In this document: positions 1 to 7,736 of the stretch, in pieces
Numbering within the stretch: the first letter of the stretch is position 1
Layout of the letters: each line of letters begins with the position of its first letter
From: Dehalococcoidia bacterium
Lineage (GTDB): Bacteria > Chloroflexota > Dehalococcoidia > Lucifugimonadales > UBA3495
NCBI GenBank assembly: GCA_030740155.1
Contig: JASLXV010000052.1
Coordinates: forward strand, 1-30,122
Reading direction: 5' to 3'
DNA: 30,122 bases
Translations under genes and position numbers: made by a program
The notes under the pieces: generated by a model
The model's input: only the letters and a program-made list of their open reading frames with translations
Database searches by the model: none
What the model was told of the DNA's origin: nothing

Positions 1-1052
1 GAAAGTGGGAAAGTGGATTCCGAACGAAGCGGGACGCTGAAAAGCGACTCGGCGAATTATTACACCAGCTAAATGGCGGTATAAATGTAAAACCCACCCG
101 CAATACCCTCGGCGGGTTTATGGTCGACTGGCTCGATAACTACGTCTCTACGCGGGTTCGCGCCAGGACACTTGAGGGTTACCGCCAAAGGGCTAAGCAC
201 ATCATCGGAGACATCGGAAGTATCCCACTTGCCGATCTTCGCCCGAACCACATCACAAGGTATTACACCGATAAATCCGAGTCTCTCAGCCCTGGGACGC
301 TTATCAAGCATCACAACCTAATCCGAGATTGCCTCTCTCACGCCGTCAGATGGGATTTATTGGTGCGGAATGTGGCGGAAGCGGTTGAACCACCACGGGC
401 TCGGAAAAAAGAGATGCGAGCCTTCTCAGTGCCCGAGATCCACAAATTCTTATCGGCCTGTCCACAAGGACCGTGGCATACCATGTTCCACACCCTGATC
501 TGGACCGGGATACGACGTAGCGAGCTCCTGGGTCTCCGGTGGAGTGATTTGAACCTGGATATGGCCAGTATGCAAGTGCGCCAATCCTTGGTTCGTCTTC
601 AAGACGGGACATACGTTATCGAGGAACCAAAGACCTTCAAAGGGCTCAGATCCCTCGACCTCGCCCCATCGACCTGTCTTTCCTTGAAAGCCCACCGTGA
701 GAATCAAAAGCGGGACGCCGCACTGTTGGGAATTCCCTTCTCTGAGATTGATTTGGTTTTTGGCCACCCGGATGGATCTCCCAGAACCCCATCGACCGTT
801 ACCCAACAGTTCCGAAGAACAGCTAGGCGGGCCGGTTTCTCTGATGTTCGTCTCCATGACTTAAGACACACTCATGCGTCCTTGATGCTCCAGCAAGGGA
901 CGGATATGAAGACCATCAGTACCAGGTTAGGACATGCCAGTATAGCCTTTACGATGGACACTTATGCGCACTTGTTACCTGGGATGCAACAATCAGCAAT
1001 GGAGAAATTCGAGAAAGCTCTCAATAGTGACCCGCAAATGTCGGCGGTTTAG
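1..1052 (+). CDS. Tyrosine recombinase/phage-type integrase (5' truncated by window edge)
   Basis: The frame is open from position 3 (KWESGFRTKRDAEKRLGELL, typical of the arm-binding N-terminus) into ORF 120..1052. Catalytic residues are present: GIRRSE (R), PKT (K), HDLRH, LGH, TYAH (Y). Confidence 0.95.
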   Translation, partial: KWESGFRTKRDAEKRLGELLHQLNGGINVKPTRNTLGGFMVDWLDNYVSTRVRARTLEGYRQRAKHIIGDIGSIPLADLRPNHITRYYTDKSESLSPGTLIKHHNLIRDCLSHAVRWDLLVRNVAEAVEPPRARKKEMRAFSVPEIHKFLSACPQGPWHTMFHTLIWTGIRRSELLGLRWSDLNLDMASMQVRQSLVRLQDGTYVIEEPKTFKGLRSLDLAPSTCLSLKAHRENQKRDAALLGIPFSEIDLVFGHPDGSPRTPSTVTQQFRRTARRAGFSDVRLHDLRHTHASLMLQQGTDMKTISTRLGHASIAFTMDTYAHLLPGMQQSAMEKFEKALNSDPQMSAV

Positions 1053-1068
1053 GAGGGATTGGAATAAT

Positions 1069-1089
1069 TAGGTTGCAAATAGGTTGCAA
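1069..1089. repeat. Tandem direct repeat TAGGTTGCAA x2, putative integrase arm-type binding sites
   Basis: TAGGTTGCAA at 1069-1078 and 1080-1089, between the int stop codon and the tRNA. Confidence 0.6.
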
Positions 1090-1094
1090 GGGCC

Positions 1095-1129
1095 AAAAAG
1101 AAAAGGCCCCCGGACTGCTCCGGGAGCCT
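1095..1129 (-). terminator. Intrinsic terminator downstream of tRNA-Glu
   Basis: Minus strand reads AGGCTCCCGGA-GCAG-TCCGGGGGCCT followed by TTTCTTTTT. Confidence 0.8.
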
Positions 1130-1145
1130 GATTCGTGCCTAGATT

Positions 1146-1222
1146 TGGTAGCGCGTGCGGGATTCGAACCCGCGATCTCCGCCTTGAGAGGGCGGTGTCC
1201 TGGGCCTCTAGACGAACGCGCC
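1146..1222 (-). tRNA. tRNA-Glu (anticodon CTC)
   Basis: 77-nt cloverleaf: acceptor GGCGCGT/ACGCGCT, anticodon arm CCGCC-CTCTCAA-GGCGG, T arm GCGGG-TTCGAAT-CCCGC, encoded CCA end. Confidence 0.98.
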
Positions 1223-1271
1223 ACACGGCGTCGCAAAATAGCTTGGCCCAAAAGCGGATGCGACTCGGCCC

Positions 1272-1301
1272 ATCGTACCAGAACCCCTCCAATCTTGTAA
1301 A
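1272..1301 (-). promoter_or_regulatory. Putative sigma70 promoter of tRNA-Glu
   Basis: TTTACA-18 bp-TACGAT with an extended -10 TG, about 45 nt upstream of the tRNA. Confidence 0.55.
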
Positions 1302-1441
1302 CCGATTTCGGTAGATTAAGGCCCGGTCCGGCAGGGTCTGGGCTGAAGATGGATGTCTGGGGCGCCGCTCAACGCGGGGCCGGATTCCCCTGCTGCCAAG
1401 TGTCCCGATTCACCCCTCTCCCGAAGGCTTTGCCCCAAGAC

Positions 1442-1476
1442 TGTCATGCCCGTGCGGGGCGCCACCGGAAGATGAA
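1442..1476 (-). repeat. Dispersed 35-bp repeat, copy 1
   Basis: Its reverse complement matches 4894-4928 at 26/35 positions without gaps. Confidence 0.55.
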
Positions 1477-1633
1477 CACCTGTATTCAGAGCGGGAGCGG
1501 AGCGACGAGGACCCTGTTCCGGGGTCCTCTCATCGCAGCTTGTACCCACCACCCCAGACTCCTTGTTTCACTCGGGGCGACCTGGTCCGGGATACTCTTT
1601 AGGCAAGGCCCATCCCATGGGTATCCCTGCAAA

Positions 1634-1671
1634 GAAGAAACCCCACGCCCGGGGGCGCGTGGGGTTTCTTC
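1634..1671. terminator. Bidirectional intrinsic terminator downstream of the blue-copper gene
   Basis: Perfect 15-bp inverted repeat GAAGAAACCCCACGC...GCGTGGGGTTTCTTC, T-rich on both strands. Confidence 0.85.
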
Positions 1672-1732
1672 AAGACGGTTCTCGCTGGGGCCGGTATTGC
1701 CGGCCTTCGGTCTAATTTGGCTCCGAGCCGAT

Positions 1733-2296
1733 CTACCCGGGCGTGACCTCGAAATCCCCGAACATGGTGAAGTTGTGCCCCGGAAAGGTACACACGAACT
1801 GGTACGTGCCGGGCGCCGGAGCGGTAAAGGTAGCCTCTCCCGCCTCTCCTGCGTTCAGCACTTTGGTGTTGGCGATAACCCTGTCATCGCCCGGCTTTAC
1901 CCAGTCACTGCCCGGGCCGGCTACCGTGCCATCGGTGGCGACGGCATCCTTGGTCCCATCTTGAACCAGGACCCAGTTGTGTTGGTTAATACCGGACACG
2001 TTATTGAAAACGAGAACCACCTCGCTGCCGGAACTGGCAGTGAGATCGTCCGCGGTGAAAGTCAATGCGTCGCCGTTGACGCTGATTTCCAGTTTTGCTC
2101 CGTCTGATACGTCAGGGGCATCTGATGGCGCTTCCGTGGCTGCTGGAACAGCCGTAGCTACGGGCGCGGTGGTCGCGGTAGGCGCCGTAGTCGCAACTGG
2201 CCTGGCCGTCGGCGACTCGTCGCCGCCGCCGCACGCAGTGGCCAAGACCAGCGTGGCGGCAAGTGCTCCAGTGATCAGAATGGGTGCTAAGTTCAC
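1733..2296 (-). CDS. Auracyanin/azurin-family blue copper lipoprotein
   Basis: Lipobox LATA-C, Pro/Thr/Ala-rich linker, type-1 Cu ligands HNWVLV and CTFPGHNFTM. GTG start with RBS TAGGAGG. Confidence 0.93.
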   Translation of the reverse strand: MNLAPILITGALAATLVLATACGGGDESPTARPVATTAPTATTAPVATAVPAATEAPSDAPDVSDGAKLEISVNGDALTFTADDLTASSGSEVVLVFNNVSGINQHNWVLVQDGTKDAVATDGTVAGPGSDWVKPGDDRVIANTKVLNAGEAGEATFTAPAPGTYQFVCTFPGHNFTMFGDFEVTPG

Positions 2297-2332
2297 ATTT
2301 CCTCCTAAATTACCTCAACCTCAGGCACTAAT

Positions 2333-2361
2333 ATTTCATCACTAAGACCTTTACGTGTCAA
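2333..2361 (-). promoter_or_regulatory. Putative sigma70 promoter of the blue-copper gene
   Basis: TTGACA-17 bp-TGAAAT. Confidence 0.55.
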
Positions 2362-2549
2362 GGAACAACTGGCCTCAGCGTCCGATTTTGATTATGATTG
2401 GCCTGCCCGGTGAGGATCGATAACAGGACCATAACAAGCCCGCGAGGGAAGCGGGGTCCGCCGGGAGATTGACCCCACGCTGTTCACCTACCGCGGCTTC
2501 TGCGCTCGGCGGCGATCACAGACATAGTCGATTGGTTTCGGAGGTTGAT

Positions 2550-3560
2550 TTGGAGATCGGGAAGTTTCCAGCCTCCCTTTTGGAGAGATTGCTGGCCAAG
2601 AACCCGATGGCCGACTCCAGGGTCACCCTGGGCCCGCGGGTCGGTGAGGATGCGGCGATCCTGGACATGGGAGAACGGCTGTTGGTGGCCACCAGCGACC
2701 CCGTGACCTTCGCCACCGACCAGATTGGGTGGTATTCCGTGCAGGTCAACGCCAACGATGTGGCGTGCACCGGCGCTTCCCCCCGCTGGTTCATGGCCAC
2801 CCTGCTGGTGCCAGAGCGGTTCTCCGAAGGGGACGCCGAGGCGGTGTTCGACCAGATCCTGGAAGCCTGCCGGTCGGTTGGGGCTACCCTGATTGGCGGC
2901 CACAGCGAGGTCACCTACGGTATCGACCGGCCCATTATTATGGGCACCATGCTGGGCGAGGTCGAGCGGGGCAGGCAGATCAGCACCGGCGGGGCCCAGG
3001 AAGGTGACAGCATTGTTCTCACCAAAGGTATAGCCGTGGAGGGTACGGCGCTCCTGGCCCGCGAGAGGACCCGGGCGCTGCGAGAAGCGGGGGTCCCCGC
3101 CGAGAGCATCGAAAGAGCCGGCGGATGGCTCTCTGAGCCAGGTATAAGTGTACTCAAAGAGGCCCGGATTGCGTGTGCCATCGCCCAAGTACATTCAATG
3201 CACGACGTGACGGAAGGCGGCCTGGCAACCGGCCTGCGGGAGGTGGCTCAAGCTTCCGGGCTCGGCCTAGCGGTCGAGGAAGGGAGCATACCGGTGTTTC
3301 CGGAGTGCCGCGAGGTATGCCAGGCGTTGGGGCTGAACCCCTTGGGGCTATTGGCGTCGGGCGCCCTCCTGGTGACCCTGCCGGGCGTGGATGTCCCGGC
3401 CTTCTTATCGGCGCTGGAAGGGGAGGGCATCGACGGCTGGGAGATCGGCCAGATGCTGGCGCCCGAAGAAGGATTGCTGCTGATCGGTACCGGTGGCGAT
3501 GCCGCCTTACCCGAGTTCTCGAGGGACGAACTGGCGCGCTACTTTGCATCCACCCCTTGA
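2550..3560 (+). CDS. AIR synthase (PurM-like) family protein, HypE/ThiL-related
   Basis: Motifs GEDAA, SDPVT, NANDVA, GGHSE, MHDVTEGGL. Start moved to TTG at 2550 because GGAGG lies at 2540-2544 (MEIGKFP...). Confidence 0.85.
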   Translation: MEIGKFPASLLERLLAKNPMADSRVTLGPRVGEDAAILDMGERLLVATSDPVTFATDQIGWYSVQVNANDVACTGASPRWFMATLLVPERFSEGDAEAVFDQILEACRSVGATLIGGHSEVTYGIDRPIIMGTMLGEVERGRQISTGGAQEGDSIVLTKGIAVEGTALLARERTRALREAGVPAESIERAGGWLSEPGISVLKEARIACAIAQVHSMHDVTEGGLATGLREVAQASGLGLAVEEGSIPVFPECREVCQALGLNPLGLLASGALLVTLPGVDVPAFLSALEGEGIDGWEIGQMLAPEEGLLLIGTGGDAALPEFSRDELARYFASTP

Positions 3561-3616
3561 CCCGGCCTGCCCTGGCGAGCCGCCCCGCGACCGGGGTACG
3601 AACGAGGGAAGAACAA

Positions 3617-4582
3617 TCAGGCTTGGTACACTTCTACCGCGCCCATTAATTGTGGAAGAGTAATATTCCCGCCGCTCACGGTAATCGATACCTTTTTACC
3701 CTTAATCAGATCCGGGCTCTTCACCGCACCGGCCAGGGCTGCCGCACCGGCCCCTTCGGCCAAGGTGTGGGCCTTTTCGATGAGGAGCCCGATGGCCCGG
3801 CGAATGTCATCGTCGCTGACCAGCACAAAATCTTCCAGGTGCTGCCGTAGGATCGCCTGGGGCTGCTCGTAACCGGCCTTGGTGGCCAGTCCCTCGGCGA
3901 AGGTCTCCATCGGGGCCTCTACCGGCCCGCCCTGCTTCCAATACAGATAGGCCCCGGGAGCGGCCTCCGACTGGACCGCCACCACCTTGATCCGGGGGTC
4001 CACCGCCTTGGCCACGATGCAGGCCCCGGAGGCTCCGCTGCCCCCGCCCAGGGGCATCATGATCACTTCGACGTCGGGCAAGTCCTCGATCACCTCCAGC
4101 GTCTGGGTAGCGACCCCGGCTATTAGCAGCGGTTCGTTCGCCGGGTGCACGTACCGGTAGCCCTCCTCTCGGGCCAGCCGCTCGCAATGGGCCTTGGCCT
4201 CGTCGAAGTTGCTCCCGTGGAAGACCAACTCCGCTCCCAGGGCACGCATGGCCGCTACCTTCAACGGGTTGGCCTGCTCGGGAAGGGTGATCAAGGCACG
4301 GGCGCCGAAAAGCCGGCACGCAGCCGCGATCGACTGGCCGTGGTTGCCGGTGGAGGCGGTAATGAGACCCCGGTCCCGCTCCTCCTGGGTCAGGTGCGCC
4401 AGCAGGTTGATCCCTCCCCTGCTCTTGAAGGCCCCTAGCGGCAGGTGCTCATCGTGCTTCAGGTACACCTCAGCATCGAGCAGGTCGCTGAGGCCCGGGG
4501 AATGGTACAGCGGGGTGCGAGGGAGATGGGGTGCTATCGTTTTCCTAGCTTCGTAGACGTCCCGCAGGGTGGGTATTTCCAT
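3617..4582 (-). CDS. PLP-dependent threonine/serine dehydratase (serine racemase-like, no ACT domain)
   Basis: GAFKSRG (PLP lysine), ASTGNHG, PLGGGSG, SGGN; 321 aa. Confidence 0.92.
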   Translation of the reverse strand: MEIPTLRDVYEARKTIAPHLPRTPLYHSPGLSDLLDAEVYLKHDEHLPLGAFKSRGGINLLAHLTQEERDRGLITASTGNHGQSIAAACRLFGARALITLPEQANPLKVAAMRALGAELVFHGSNFDEAKAHCERLAREEGYRYVHPANEPLLIAGVATQTLEVIEDLPDVEVIMMPLGGGSGASGACIVAKAVDPRIKVVAVQSEAAPGAYLYWKQGGPVEAPMETFAEGLATKAGYEQPQAILRQHLEDFVLVSDDDIRRAIGLLIEKAHTLAEGAGAAALAGAVKSPDLIKGKKVSITVSGGNITLPQLMGAVEVYQA

Positions 4583-4614
4583 CAGTTCGCCTCGGTCCTG
4601 GTTTGGGTAACCTC

Positions 4615-4643
4615 AGCTTAAGGTAACGAACAACCGGTGTCAA
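4615..4643 (-). promoter_or_regulatory. Putative sigma70 promoter of the dehydratase
   Basis: TTGACA-17 bp-TAAGCT. Confidence 0.65.
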
Positions 4644-4844
4644 CGAGGCTTTCGGATACGAAATCGCTTGGTGCGCATGCGGGACAAGGGCTCTTGCGCC
4701 GGGAGCATCCTGGTGAACCCGTCCCCCCTAGTAAAGCGAGGAGTCCGGCGTGATGGGTCCGGGTTGCCATGGAGGTACCCCACACCAGATTCGTTGCTTC
4801 ACTCGAAATGGCGGTTTACTCTCAATCCTGCCGATCCGAAAACA

Positions 4845-4880
4845 GCCCCTCTTCCGGCGGGAAGGGGGCCAGGGTGAGGG
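4845..4880. repeat. CCCTCTCCC/GGGTGAGGG-type palindromic repeat (partial)
   Basis: GCCCCTCTTCC-GGCG-GGAAGGGGGC followed by CAGGGTGAGGG; related to 9532-9599. Confidence 0.55.
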
Positions 4881-4893
4881 GGCATCGAGTGTT

Positions 4894-4928
4894 TTCATCG
4901 GACGGTGGGGTCCCACCGGGGCACGACA
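4894..4928 (+). repeat. Dispersed 35-bp repeat, copy 2
   Basis: TTCATCGGACGGTGGGGTCCCACCGGGGCACGACA; 26/35 identical to the reverse complement of 1442-1476. Confidence 0.55.
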
Positions 4929-5019
4929 ACTCGGATTGTCCGTGAACCCTCGACCATATGGATGATGGTATCGAGCAAAGCCGGCCGGTCCATGGATTTC
5001 AGGAGACGCCGGTCAGCCT

Positions 5020-5706
5020 TCACGGTTTCCGGGTATCCTCGGTGGAGGAGGCGCCGGGGTTCCCCTGGGCCCGAATGGCCCGAATGCGACGCAGGATGAA
5101 CCAGGCAGCCGCCGCGGCCAGTACTATCAGGATCGGGATGTCGAAGGGCCGCATCACCGACCGGAGGTCCTCCCAGTTCTCCCCCAACTGGTAGCCGCCA
5201 TAGGCCAGCCCCAGGCTCCAGGGGAAAGACCCGGCAAATGTCAGAATACTGAACTTCCACATATTCATCCGGGCGATGCCGGCCGGTATACTAATGAAGG
5301 TACGCACCACCGGGAGCAGCCGGGAGAAGAAGACTATCCAGTCTCCGTATTTAGAGAACCAAGCCTCCGCCCGGTCCACTTCTTCCCGGGTGATCAATAC
5401 ATATTTACCGTATTTGAATAGTAGAGGCCGGCCTCCTTTCAAGCTCACCCAATAGGCAATCAAGGACCCTAGCAGGTTCCCTACGGCTCCGTAGAACCCG
5501 GCCAGTCCCACCATCCAAACCGAGTCTCCCTTCGCCTGGATCAGCATCCACCCCGCCAGAGGCATTATCAACTCGCTCGGAAAAGGTATGCCGGCGCTCT
5601 CGACGGCCATCAGGAATACAACGCCTGGCCAGCCGATGGTGTCGTAGACCTGGCCAACGAACTCTAAAAGTATAGTTTCAACCGCGTGGATGACACCGAA
5701 ATCCAT
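5020..5706 (-). CDS. DedA family membrane protein
   Basis: Motifs ESAGIPFPSE, FFSRLLPVVRTFISIPAGIARM; several hydrophobic helices. Confidence 0.95.
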   Translation of the reverse strand: MDFGVIHAVETILLEFVGQVYDTIGWPGVVFLMAVESAGIPFPSELIMPLAGWMLIQAKGDSVWMVGLAGFYGAVGNLLGSLIAYWVSLKGGRPLLFKYGKYVLITREEVDRAEAWFSKYGDWIVFFSRLLPVVRTFISIPAGIARMNMWKFSILTFAGSFPWSLGLAYGGYQLGENWEDLRSVMRPFDIPILIVLAAAAAWFILRRIRAIRAQGNPGASSTEDTRKP

Positions 5707-5803
5707 GGAAACCTCAACGTTTGTTTGTGCCTGGGTATATAAGCCTCAGCCTGCTGTTCTAATTGAATTTTAAATTAATATAAGAAATAATCGGGACAAT
5801 ACC

Positions 5804-5832
5804 TTGACAACTTCTAGAACGCATGCTATGCT
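5804..5832 (+). promoter_or_regulatory. Near-consensus sigma70 promoter with extended -10 and AT-rich UP-like region
   Basis: TTGACA(5804-5809)-17 bp-TATGCT(5827-5832), TG at -15/-14, very AT-rich tract at 5760-5792. Confidence 0.85.
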
Positions 5833-5900
5833 CTGGTTGTCTAGAGCGGACCGAGGATGTAGCGGTAATCAATTAACGGTAACCATAAAGGAGGTAACCC

Positions 5901-6125
5901 TTGGCCAGAAAGACTAAGCTGATGCAACGTGTAGAAAAGGAACACCAGCGGCCCTTGGAGCGTCTCCTCCCTGAAATGGTCAATGAGATCGGTCTCTCCA
6001 GCACGGCTGAGGCGTTGGGCGTAAGCAAAGCCACCCTGGGTTATTGGCTCCTCAAGCTCGGTATAAATGTACGCCGAGTAGCCCTGGCTCCCGGTGAGAC
6101 CCTGGAAGTCAAGCGGATCAGCTAA
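5901..6125 (+). CDS. Small basic helix-turn-helix protein (74 aa), function unknown
   Basis: Strong RBS AAAGGAGG before a TTG start; HTH-like LSSTAEALGVSKATLGYWL; own promoter. Confidence 0.85.
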   Translation: MARKTKLMQRVEKEHQRPLERLLPEMVNEIGLSSTAEALGVSKATLGYWLLKLGINVRRVALAPGETLEVKRIS

Positions 6126-6369
6126 CTCCCGGAGACCGGCTGGCGGTTACGCCGGTCCGTCGGCACCGTGTGGTGCCGGCAAGGTCTCACGGGTCCCCTG
6201 GCGAGGCCGGGTACTCCCGCGACGCCAAAGACTTGTGGCAGCGTACAACTCTCTCGCCCCCCGGCGCTAGGCTAGCCGCGTAAGGGGGGGATTGTCAAGA
6301 CAGCATAGCGGCCCCGTTTGGGGCCGTTTTCTGTTCCCCACCACCCCCTGGGGTCACCCTGCCCGTTAT

Positions 6370-7479
6370 TTACCCCTGAAAAATGTCCTCAGGCAGAAAA
6401 GCCGAAACCGTGACGTTGGGCAAATCGACCACGTTACTGACCTTCAGGTCAACCGCCACGCTACAAATGATGTAGGCCTGCTCGCGGCTCCAACCTCTCT
6501 CCTGGAGCAGATCGATCATGTGGATCAGGGCGTTGCGGGCGGCCAGGGTGAGGTCCTCCCCCTCCTGGGTACCGTCGTCGCGAACCGGCATGCCCATGGT
6601 GGCGATAAAGTTCCTTGGAGCGGCCCACTCGGGTGCGGCGAAGTAGCCAGGATGGGCGAACCTGGGCCAGCGGATATCGTGCCGGGCGGCCTCTCCCTGG
6701 TGGACCCGGAAACGGACCGCCACGGTGGCGCCCATCTCGATGGCGGTGACGCAAACTTCGCCGTCTCCCTGGGCGAAGTGACCGTCTCCTACCGAGTAGA
6801 GCGCACCGTCGACGTTGACCGGGATCAGCAGACGGGACCCCTTGGTCAACTGCTTGGCGTCCACATTGCCGCAGTTCTCCCTCGGCGGCCCGGTGCGCAG
6901 CCCTTCGGCGGCGACCAGCCCCCCGGAGGGAACGGCGTCCTCCGGATCGGGCGGGGGGGTTGTACCGCCCCGCTTCGCAAAATCGGCCTCCCGTCGAGTC
7001 CACTCCTCCAGCTGCACCCGAGAGGGGGCGACGCCGGCGGTACCCATGAAAGAGCCCTCGGGGATGCGGACGCCCGGAAGCTGGGCCGAGGTGGCCCAAC
7101 CGTCTTTCATTTCCCAGTGGACCAAGTAAGGGTCGGTGAATAGGTCACGGAGAAACCCGGCGCCGGGCCGGTTCCGGGTCCAGCCATGAGGTTGGGCGAT
7201 GACTTCCAGGTACTCGATCTCCAGCAGGTCCCCCGGCTTGGCGCCGTTTATGTAAACCGGACCGGTCAAGGGGTGAGCCACCTTTGTATCCAGGCCGCTC
7301 AGGTCGGCCACGGTCATACCCGGCTTTACCTGGCAGTCCGAGGCGTCACGGGTCTCCAGCACCACTTCTTCTCCGGGGTCCACTTCAAGGACCGGGGAGA
7401 TGTCCGGGTGCCACCGGTTGTGGCCCTTTTGAGGTTCCTGCTTGAGCCGCTTGCTTCGGTCGATCTCAATGCTCTTCAT
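6370..7479 (-). CDS. Acetamidase/formamidase family protein
   Basis: Motifs HNRWHPDI, HPLTGPVYI-GAKPGD, GNVD, GDGHFAQGDGEV, AIEM. Start set at ATG 7479 (MKSIEIDRS) with RBS GAGAGGA. Confidence 0.93.
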   Translation of the reverse strand: MKSIEIDRSKRLKQEPQKGHNRWHPDISPVLEVDPGEEVVLETRDASDCQVKPGMTVADLSGLDTKVAHPLTGPVYINGAKPGDLLEIEYLEVIAQPHGWTRNRPGAGFLRDLFTDPYLVHWEMKDGWATSAQLPGVRIPEGSFMGTAGVAPSRVQLEEWTRREADFAKRGGTTPPPDPEDAVPSGGLVAAEGLRTGPPRENCGNVDAKQLTKGSRLLIPVNVDGALYSVGDGHFAQGDGEVCVTAIEMGATVAVRFRVHQGEAARHDIRWPRFAHPGYFAAPEWAAPRNFIATMGMPVRDDGTQEGEDLTLAARNALIHMIDLLQERGWSREQAYIICSVAVDLKVSNVVDLPNVTVSAFLPEDIFQG

Positions 7480-7618
7480 GGCGGGTCCTCTCGCTGCTCT
7501 CATTCGTTCGGCAACCGGTGGCCCCTGCAGCCGGTTGCCCGGCCGCCGTGGCGCGGTGGCCACCCGGCATTGCCGGTCTGCACGAAGCCTCCCACGATTC
7601 TATACCGCCGCGCTCGCC

Positions 7619-7647
7619 TTGACCACGTTGGGGGCGCGGCGTATCAT
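7619..7647 (+). promoter_or_regulatory. Putative sigma70 promoter of the ThDP enzyme
   Basis: TTGACC-17 bp-TATCAT. Confidence 0.65.
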
Positions 7648-7660
7648 CCGGGCGTACTGC

Positions 7661-7722
7661 CCACGGAGGTACAGAGATATAGAGCCAATCTACTGTTCCT
7701 CTGTGCCTCGGCTACTCTGTGG
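7661..7722. repeat. CACAGAG/CTCTGTG-type palindromic repeat in the 5' UTR
   Basis: CCACGGAG-GTACAGAG...CTCTGTGCC...CTCTGTGG; related half-copy at 9760-9783. Confidence 0.55.
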
Positions 7723-7736
7723 CAACAGGAGCATAC

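Larger units (their letters stand above)
1..1145. mobile_element. Right end of an integrative element (prophage/ICE/genomic island) inserted at the tRNA-Glu 3' end
   Basis: The integrase converges on the tRNA 3' end 93 bp away. The region is visibly less GC-rich than the rest of the window and contains tandem arm-type repeats. Confidence 0.75.

Noticed and set aside
2550..3560. AIR-synthase-family protein as SelD or HypE
   Set aside because: It lacks the N-terminal Cys/Sec-x-x-Lys of SelD and the C-terminal PRIC of HypE, and there are no hyp or sel neighbours.
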